From Chloroflexota bacterium (GTDB taxonomy: Bacteria; Chloroflexota; Dehalococcoidia; GIF9; JBFMDU01): DNA of 64,000 nucleotides. The translations under genes and the position numbers were made by a program. Below the pieces are notes generated by a model. It saw only the letters and a list, made by a program, of their open reading frames with translations, ran no database searches and was not told the DNA's origin. The stretch is from NCBI GenBank assembly GCA_040753815.1, contig JBFMDU010000020.1:300211-364210 (forward strand). The letters are read 5' to 3'. Shown here piece by piece: positions 57,319-64,000 of this stretch. Position 1 is the first letter of the stretch. The number at the start of each line of letters is the position of its first letter.

Positions 57319-57716
57319 GCGTGATCTTAGAATCGGTCTTGAGGTTGGTACTGGCTGCGGGTCTCGGTGCATTGGTGGGATTCCAACGGGAACGGGAGAA
57401 TAAGCCGGCTGGTTTGCGCACTCACACTATAGTTTGTGTTGGTGCCTGCCTTTTCTGCCTAGTCTCGATTTACGGTTTCGGGAAAGATTCAGATCCGGCG
57501 CGAATTGCGGCACAGGTGGTGACCGGTATAGGTTTCATCGGCGCTGGCACTATTCTTTTTCTGAGCCGTCAGAATATCGTCGTTGGGTTAACGACGGCGG
57601 CGACGGTATGGGCAGTAGCAGCGGTGGGGTTGGCGGCGGGGGCTGGGTTGTACGTGTTGGCCCTGGCCGGAGCGCTGATTATATTTGGCGCTCTTTACAT
57701 ACCGCACCGGTTTTGA
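57315..57716 (+). CDS. MgtC/SapB-family membrane protein
   Basis: 133 aa. [21 protein letters not shown]...[11 protein letters not shown] matches the MgtC N-domain. It overlaps the leuA stop by 4 nt. Confidence 0.75.
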   Translation: MSVILESVLRLVLAAGLGALVGFQRERENKPAGLRTHTIVCVGACLFCLVSIYGFGKDSDPARIAAQVVTGIGFIGAGTILFLSRQNIVVGLTTAATVWAVAAVGLAAGAGLYVLALAGALIIFGALYIPHRF

Positions 57717-57746
57717 ACTTAATTCAAAATTGCATGGAGACGGTTC

Positions 57747-59003
57747 TTGAATCTAGGTGAGAAGATATTGGCGGCACACAGCGGTAAGACGAAGGTCTCT
57801 GCGGGTGAGTTCATTGATGTTCGGGTTGACATGGTGCTTGCCAATGATATTACGGCGCCGCTGGCGATACAGGAGTTCGGGAAGCTGGGAGTAAATAAGG
57901 TCTTCGACCCTTCCCGCGTGGTGATGGTGCCGGACCACTTCTGCCCAAACAAGGATATTCTTGCGGCAGAGCAGGCCAAGCTAATGCGGGAGTTCGCGCG
58001 GAAGCATGGAATTCTTTACTTCGAAGTGGGCAGGATGGGGATTGAACACGTTCTTTTGCCGGAGAATGGGATGGTGTTGCCCGGTGAGGTTATCGTGGGT
58101 GCAGATTCGCATACATGTACCTATGGAGCGGTCGGGGCTTTTGCCACAGGTATGGGCTCGACTGATATCGCCATGGCAATGGCTACCGGGGAAATCTGGA
58201 TGAAGGTGCCTCCAGCTGTTAAGTTTGTCTATCGTGGCAAGCTTAAGAAATGGGTTGGCGGTAAGGATCTAATACTATTCACCATTGGCCAGATTGGCGT
58301 TGAGGGTGCACACTATTCGTCCATGGAATTTGCTGGTGAAGCGGTTGATTTGCTCGGAATGGATGGCCGCTTTACCATGGCTAACATGGCTATTGAAGCC
58401 GGGGGCAAGGCCGGTCTCTTCGCCGTAGATGCCAGGACGATAGAGTACGTCAAACCACGGGCGAAACGATCGTACAGGATTTATAAAAGTGACAAGAACG
58501 CGACATACGCGCGGACATTTGAATGGGACATTTCGAAGCTGGAGCCGCAGGTGGCCCTGCCGCATCTGCCGTCAAATGTACGGCCGGTCAGTCAGGTGAA
58601 GAATGTCGAGGTCGACCAGGTGGTGATAGGGAGCTGTACTAATGGGAGGCTTGACGACCTGAGGGTAGCGGCCAAGCTATTAAAGGGCAGGCAGGTGAAT
58701 CCAAGAGTGCGCTGTATCGTGATTCCCGGTTCTCAGCAGGTATACATGCAGGCAATGAGGGAGGGCCTGCTGGGAATCTTCGTTCAGGCCGGCGTGGCAG
58801 TGAGTACACCAACCTGTGGCCCGTGTCTTGGCGGACACATGGGGATTCTTGCCGCTGGTGAGCGGTGCTGTTCAACGACAAACCGCAACTTTGTCGGCCG
58901 CATGGGGAGCACCAAATCGGAGGTGTTCCTGGCCGGACCGGCAGTGGCGGCGGCTACTGCGGTGGTTGGCCGAATTACCAGCCCACTGGAGATAGCCAGA
59001 TGA
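57747..59003 (+). CDS. leuC: 3-isopropylmalate dehydratase large subunit
   Basis: Aconitase-family Cys ligands (...GSCTNGR..., ...TCGPCLG...). Confidence 0.9.
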   Translation: MNLGEKILAAHSGKTKVSAGEFIDVRVDMVLANDITAPLAIQEFGKLGVNKVFDPSRVVMVPDHFCPNKDILAAEQAKLMREFARKHGILYFEVGRMGIEHVLLPENGMVLPGEVIVGADSHTCTYGAVGAFATGMGSTDIAMAMATGEIWMKVPPAVKFVYRGKLKKWVGGKDLILFTIGQIGVEGAHYSSMEFAGEAVDLLGMDGRFTMANMAIEAGGKAGLFAVDARTIEYVKPRAKRSYRIYKSDKNATYARTFEWDISKLEPQVALPHLPSNVRPVSQVKNVEVDQVVIGSCTNGRLDDLRVAAKLLKGRQVNPRVRCIVIPGSQQVYMQAMREGLLGIFVQAGVAVSTPTCGPCLGGHMGILAAGERCCSTTNRNFVGRMGSTKSEVFLAGPAVAAATAVVGRITSPLEIAR

Positions 59004-59500
59004 AGCTGAGAGGAGCCGTTCACAAGTATGGGGCTCACATTAATACCGATGTCATTATTCCGGCGCGCCACCTTAGTTTGAGTGAGGGCGCGGATCTGGC
59101 CCGTCACTGTATGGAGGATATCGACGCCGGCTTTGTCAAACGGGTGAAGCAAGGCGACATCATGGTAGCAGCCGCCAACTTCGGGTGTGGTTCTTCCCGG
59201 GAGCATGCGCCGCTGGCAATTAAGGCATCGGGTATCTCGTGCATTATTGCCGAAAGTTACGCACGCATCTTTTTCCGTAATGGTATCAACATCGGCTTGC
59301 CATTGCTGGAGTCACCTGAAGCGGTGCACGGTACAAAGAACGGGGATGTGTTGGAGGTTGTATTAGAGACGGGTGAAATCAAGAATCTCACGAGTGGTAA
59401 GACGTATCGCGCCGCTCCATACCCACCGTTTCTTCTTGACATAATTTCAGCAGGCGGTCTAGTAGAATACACTAAGCGCAGACTGGAGAAAGCGAAATGA
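59000..59500 (+). CDS. leuD: 3-isopropylmalate dehydratase small subunit
   Basis: MKLRGAVHKYGAHINTDVIIPARHL. Its ATG overlaps the leuC TGA (ATGA). The ORF track starts upstream, at 58865. Confidence 0.9.
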   Translation: MKLRGAVHKYGAHINTDVIIPARHLSLSEGADLARHCMEDIDAGFVKRVKQGDIMVAAANFGCGSSREHAPLAIKASGISCIIAESYARIFFRNGINIGLPLLESPEAVHGTKNGDVLEVVLETGEIKNLTSGKTYRAAPYPPFLLDIISAGGLVEYTKRRLEKAK

Positions 59501-60597
59501 AGTTTGAACTGGCAGTCTTGCCTGGTGATGGGGTTGGCCCTGAGGTCGTTGCCGAGTCCGTCAAAGTTTTGAACGCTACGGGTAACAGGTATGGACACAG
59601 TTTTAAGTATCAGTACGGTTTGATTGGTGGTGCGGCTATTGATAGACATGGTGTGGCCTTGACAGATGACTGTCTGGCTATGTGTAAGGCTGCTGACGCT
59701 GTGCTCCATGGCGCGGTTGGTGGACCCAAATGGGAAGACCCGAAAGCAAAGGTGCGTCCGGAGGACGGTTTGCTAGGGTTGAGAAAAGGGTTAAAGACAT
59801 TTGCCAATTTGCGACCGGTAAAGCTGTATTCAATGCTGGTGGATGCCGTACCATTGAAACCTGAGGTTGTGCGTGGCGTTGACCTGATGGTAGTGCGGGA
59901 GCTCACTGGCGGTCTGTATTTCGGCAAGCCTAAGCGGCAGTGGATGAGCGAGAGCGGCCGTCATGCTGTCGACACCATGAAATATTCGGAAAAAGAGATC
60001 AAACGGATTGTGAAGGTGGGTTTTGAACTGGCACGGGCGCGCCGGAAAAAGCTGGCTTCAGTTGATAAGGCAAATGTACTTGAGACCTCACGTCTGTGGC
60101 GTCAGATTGCTATGGAGGTGGGTGTTGATTATCCGGACGTCCAGCTTGAGCACGTCCTGGTTGATTCCTGTTCGATGAGGCTCATCCAACGGCCCGCGGA
60201 CTTTGATGTCATCGTCACCGAAAACACTTTTGGTGATATTATTACCGACGAGGCTTCGATGCTGGCCGGTTCGATGGGCATGCTGCCTTCGGCTAGCCTG
60301 GCAGGCATCCCCAAGGAGGGTGGGCGTGCTTTTGGCCTTTATGAGCCAATTCATGGAAGTGCGCCGAGACGCGCTGGTCAGAATTTGGCCAATCCCGTTG
60401 CCACGATACTGAGCGCGGCAATGATGCTCAGGTACTCGTTGGGGTTAAGTGCTGAAGCTGACGCGGTTGAGTCGGCAATCCTTAAAGTGTTTGAGGATGG
60501 TTACCGCACTTACGATATTATGGAGGCGGGCAAGATTAAGGTCGGAACCAGCCAGATGGGCGACCTGATAGCCAGAAAGCTGCTTGAAAAGAAATAG
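59497..60597 (+). CDS. leuB: 3-isopropylmalate dehydrogenase
   Basis: Isocitrate/isopropylmalate dehydrogenase signature [26 protein letters not shown]. Confidence 0.9.
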   Translation: [366 protein letters not shown]

Positions 60598-60609
60598 TTC
60601 AAAGGTACT

Positions 60610-62202
60610 TTGATGAGGTCAGTACAATTATACGATACTACCTTGCGTGACGGTGCTCAGCGTGAGGGCATCTCGTTCTCAGTTGAGGACAAGCTGAAGA
60701 TTGCCCGCAAGTTGGACGAGCTTGGTATTCACTTTATTGAGGGTGGGTGGCCTGGTTCCAATCCGAAGGACAGCGAATTCTTTACACGGGCGCGCGGTGT
60801 CAGGTTTAGACAGGCGGAGCTTGCCGCCTTTGGCAGTACCAAGCGCTACGACAGCAAGGCGAAGGATGACCCGAATTTGAAGGCCCTTGTGGACTCCGGG
60901 GCAAAAGTGGCCACCATCGTGGGTAAGAGCTCCCGGCTGCAGGTCACCGATGTTCTTGGGGTCGGCCTTGAGACCAACTTGAAGATGATACACGAGTCAG
61001 TTGCCTATCTGGCGGGTAAAGGCCTCAGGGTATTCTTTGACGCCGAACACTTTTTCGACGGTTATAAGATCGATCCGGACTACTCGTTGAGGACACTTAA
61101 GGTAGCGGCTGATGCCGGCGCCGAGTACCTGGTCTTGTGTGATACTAATGGGGGAAGCCTGCCATCTCAGATCGCCGGGGCAGTTTGCGCTGCATGCCGT
61201 GTTTCACGTGTTCCAATTGGTATTCATGCTCACAATGATGCAGATCTTGCCGTAGCCAATTCTCTAGCGGCGGTTGAAGCTGGCGCCAGTCAGGTTCAGG
61301 GTACTATTAATGGCTATGGAGAGAGGTGCGGCAATGCTAATCTATGCTCCATCATCCCGGATCTTAAACTCAAGACGGGCATCAACTGCATATCCGATGC
61401 GAATCTGTCCAGGCTGGCGGAGACTGCCCATTTTGTGGCCGGTGTAGCTAACATGATACTTGACCGGCATCTTCCCTATGTCGGTGATAGTGCCTTTGTG
61501 CATAAAGGTGGACTTCATGTCTCTGGTCTAATGAAGTGCAGTGCCAGTTATCATCATGTTGATCCGTTGCTGGTAGGCAACGTCCACCGCGTTGTTGTTT
61601 CTGAGCTTTCTGGTAAGGGCAACATCCTCTATAAGGCGAAGGAGTTGGGTATTAACCTGCTGCCGAAGGGTGAAGAAACGCGGCGGGTGCTCGACCAGGT
61701 TAAACTCATGGAGAGCCGTGGCTTTCAGTATGAAGATGCTGATGCTTCGTTTGAACTTCTCCTACGGCGCGCGCAGACTGGCTACAACCCGCCGTTTGAG
61801 CTGGTGGATTTTATGGTGGTAGTGGAAAGGCATCGCCGTATGCCGACTTCAAACACCCACGAGGAGACACTAGCCGAGGCGACAGTTAAGGTGCGGGTGG
61901 GTAAGAAGGTAATCCATACTGCGGCCGAAGGCAACGGTCCGGTCAATGCTCTCGATGCGGCAATGCGCAAAGCGCTGATCCAGTTTTATCCAAGCGTGGC
62001 GGCCATCAAGTTGGTCGACTACAAGGTGCGTATTCTTGAAGAGGCATCCGGCACCGCTTCGCAGGTTCGGGTGCTGATCGAGTCAACCGATGGTGAGAAT
62101 ACCTGGCGCACTGTTGGCGGGTCGAGCAATATTATCGAGGCCAGCTGGTTGGCGTTGGCCGACAGCCTTGAGTACTGGTTAATCAGGCACAGTGGTAAGT
62201 AG
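60610..62202 (+). CDS. cimA: (R)-citramalate synthase
   Basis: LYDTTLRDGAQREGISFS...HFIEGGWPGSNPKD matches the CimA-type N-terminus, and a LeuA-like C-terminal domain is present. Confidence 0.8.
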   Translation: MMRSVQLYDTTLRDGAQREGISFSVEDKLKIARKLDELGIHFIEGGWPGSNPKDSEFFTRARGVRFRQAELAAFGSTKRYDSKAKDDPNLKALVDSGAKVATIVGKSSRLQVTDVLGVGLETNLKMIHESVAYLAGKGLRVFFDAEHFFDGYKIDPDYSLRTLKVAADAGAEYLVLCDTNGGSLPSQIAGAVCAACRVSRVPIGIHAHNDADLAVANSLAAVEAGASQVQGTINGYGERCGNANLCSIIPDLKLKTGINCISDANLSRLAETAHFVAGVANMILDRHLPYVGDSAFVHKGGLHVSGLMKCSASYHHVDPLLVGNVHRVVVSELSGKGNILYKAKELGINLLPKGEETRRVLDQVKLMESRGFQYEDADASFELLLRRAQTGYNPPFELVDFMVVVERHRRMPTSNTHEETLAEATVKVRVGKKVIHTAAEGNGPVNALDAAMRKALIQFYPSVAAIKLVDYKVRILEEASGTASQVRVLIESTDGENTWRTVGGSSNIIEASWLALADSLEYWLIRHSGK

Positions 62203-62207
62203 CACGG

Positions 62208-62840
62208 CTACTCTCCAGCCGGTCTCCCGACCGGCATGATATAGAGCGGTCTTACTGTCTCATCCAGTCCGAGTAGTTCTCTCACCGTTTCGTCATCGAA
62301 AGCGCCAACCATTACTGCGCCAAGACCCAGGGTAATCGCCTGTAAATGGACGTCCTGGCCGATATGTCCCACCTCAATGTTAACGTAACGCTGGGCACGT
62401 GTGCCGTAGCGGAAGGCGGTCCGTGAGAAAATAGCACAGGCGACCAGCACAGCCGGTGCGTTGGCTACGCATTGCTGGCCAAGTGCGGCTCCGGATAGGT
62501 GCTGTCTGATATCGCTGGCTTTCTCCATGGTTAGCGAATGACTGTTGGGGTCGTAGTGATAGATACCGGCATTAAGGCCAACCACAGTCTGTTGGCCGGC
62601 TACCACCATGATTTCAAGAGGATAAGTGGCGCCAGCACTTGGTACAGCGCGGAATTTTCCGTGGGTGATACCCTGAGCTGACCAGAGGATCTGTGACAAT
62701 TGTTCCAGGGTCAGTGCTGACTCTTCATACCGCCGCACTGATTTGCGGCGGGAGATAGCTTCCTCGACCGAGATTCGTCCCCTGGAACTTGGCGGCGGTA
62801 GTCGGATTACGAAATCCGGTGTCTTGCGGTTATGTTTCAT
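62208..62840 (-). CDS. Nitroreductase-family / SagB-type dehydrogenase domain protein
   Basis: 210 aa. ...RKSVRRY... nitroreductase signature and ...PSAGATYPLE... matching SagB-type dehydrogenases. Confidence 0.65.
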   Translation of the reverse strand: MKHNRKTPDFVIRLPPPSSRGRISVEEAISRRKSVRRYEESALTLEQLSQILWSAQGITHGKFRAVPSAGATYPLEIMVVAGQQTVVGLNAGIYHYDPNSHSLTMEKASDIRQHLSGAALGQQCVANAPAVLVACAIFSRTAFRYGTRAQRYVNIEVGHIGQDVHLQAITLGLGAVMVGAFDDETVRELLGLDETVRPLYIMPVGRPAGE

Positions 62841-64000
62841 CCTTTTACTACTCCCAACGGCTCTGCCATGAGTACCTTGCGTGAGATTCCAGCCCTATGG
62901 GTTATTTCGACAACCTTGCTGACGTCTTTGTAGGCCTCCGAGGCTTCCTCTGCTAATGAATGCGGGCTGGCGGCTTTGACGATAATGCCGCGAGAGGCGA
63001 GTTCCTGGGCGATGTTAATACCTTTGAGACTACGCATGGCTGCACCACGGCTCTGGACCCTTCCTGCTCCGTGACAGGTGGAGCCGAAGGTTTCCTGAAG
63101 TGCCCGGTCGGTGCCGACTGCCACGTATGAGCGCCGTCCCATGTCGCCCGGGATAAGCACCGGCTGACCGATAGATGTGTACTTCTTCGGGATATCCTTG
63201 TGCCCGGCGGGGAAAGCCCTGGTGGCGCCCTTACGATGGACACAGACAGTCATCGGTTTGCCCTCGACGATGTGCTCCTCGATTTTGGCAATGTTATGGG
63301 CGACATCGTAAATCTGGGCCATACCGAGTTGGTAGGGCGTCCGCCCAAATACTCTGGAGAAGGCCTCTCGTGACCAGTGAGCAATGCACTGACGGTTGGC
63401 CCAGGCATAGTTAGCGGCGCAAGCCATGGCGGCGAGATAATCTTTTGCTTCCGGAGAATTAAGCGGCGCACATGCTAATTCGCGGTCCGGAAGGTTGATG
63501 CCATAGCGGCGGACAGCGCCCTCCATGACGCGTAGATAGTCGTCGCAAACCTGGTAGCCAAAGCCTCTGGAGCCGGTGTGTATCAGCAGGAGCACCTGTC
63601 CAATACTGGCTATGCCCATAGTTCTGGCGGCGGTCTCGTCGTATACTTCGCGGACCACCTGGACTTCGAGGAAGTGGTTGCCTGAGCCAAGGGTGCCTGA
63701 CTGGGGAATGCCGCGTTTTCTGGCGCGGTCGCTTACTTTATCCGGATCAGTGCCTTTCATAGCGCCGTTTTCCTCGGTGACCTCGAGGTCATCTTGAATA
63801 CCATAGCCGCGGCTGACTGCCCACTGGGCGCCTTTCTCAAGAACATCACGCAGGTCGTGGTCGCTCAAGCGTATTTTACCCTCGGAGCCAAGGCCGGATG
63901 GTACGTGATGAAAGAGCGCGTTTACCAGGGCGCTGATGCGTGGCTTGACCTCAGTTTCTGTTAGTTCGGTTCGAAGGAGCCGGACACCGCAATTGATATC
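62837..64000 (-). CDS. rtcB: RNA-splicing ligase RtcB, 5'-truncated by the window edge
   Basis: GSGNHF, HTGSRGFG and CHGAGR motifs. The minus-strand frame remains open upstream of the listed TTG start through to nt 64000 (...VNALFHHVPSGLGSEGKIRLSDHDL). Confidence 0.85.
   Translation of the reverse strand, partial: DINCGVRLLRTELTETEVKPRISALVNALFHHVPSGLGSEGKIRLSDHDLRDVLEKGAQWAVSRGYGIQDDLEVTEENGAMKGTDPDKVSDRARKRGIPQSGTLGSGNHFLEVQVVREVYDETAARTMGIASIGQVLLLIHTGSRGFGYQVCDDYLRVMEGAVRRYGINLPDRELACAPLNSPEAKDYLAAMACAANYAWANRQCIAHWSREAFSRVFGRTPYQLGMAQIYDVAHNIAKIEEHIVEGKPMTVCVHRKGATRAFPAGHKDIPKKYTSIGQPVLIPGDMGRRSYVAVGTDRALQETFGSTCHGAGRVQSRGAAMRSLKGINIAQELASRGIIVKAASPHSLAEEASEAYKDVSKVVEITHRAGISRKVLMAEPLGVVKG

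Overview
This 64 kb window reads as a mostly housekeeping bacterial chromosome segment of about 55-60% GC. Gene content and order (ilvD-ilvB-ilvN-ilvC-leuA-leuCDB-cimA, rny-ymdB, lipobox-anchored solute-binding proteins) are consistent with a monoderm, Chloroflexota/Dehalococcoidia-like organism, held at low confidence. Two accessory regions are worth a second look.

- **Housekeeping content:**
  - Start of window: a 5'-truncated IscS-type cysteine desulfurase, an Rrf2 regulator, and a homocysteine-biosynthesis trio (DUF39/COG1900, NIL-ferredoxin, UPF0280).
  - Two tRNAs (His-GTG with encoded G-1, Arg-TCG) behind a near-consensus promoter.
  - DNA repair and nucleotide metabolism: mutM, polA, degV, ndk, rsfS, an nfo-like endonuclease IV and pepA.
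  - RNA turnover: a UbiD-family decarboxylase, a PHP phosphoesterase, ymdB and rny.
  - Purine genes purS-purC-purB-purE-purD and guaA, then tsaC and rpiB.
  - The ilv-leu-cimA operon with an embedded MgtC-family gene.
  - At the window end: a nitroreductase-like gene and a 5'-truncated rtcB.

- **Accessory region 1 (about 4.03-7.66 kb):** a low-GC two-gene island immediately upstream of the tRNA pair. It encodes a 749-aa protein with an N-terminal XRE-type HTH, DNA-methyltransferase motifs in an unusual order (motif X/I, then a Cys-rich zinc-ribbon insert, then DPPF), and a translationally coupled 331-aa unknown protein with a possible PD-(D/E)xK core. This is a candidate novel Type II restriction-modification-like module.

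- **Accessory region 2 (about 17.2-33.5 kb):** a paralog-rich cluster of unknown function.
  - It holds three nitrilase-superfamily hydrolases, two standalone HemD-like proteins, two tandem CrtI-like flavoproteins, a GGR-like flavoprotein, an acyl-CoA ligase, a TAXI-TRAP transporter and a MarR regulator.
  - The genes sit in three divergent promoter regions that each carry the same palindrome, ATTCGAT-N-ATCGAAT.
  - I read this as a single uncharacterised regulon.

All calls come from reading the translated ORFs and the DNA by eye. No database searches were run.
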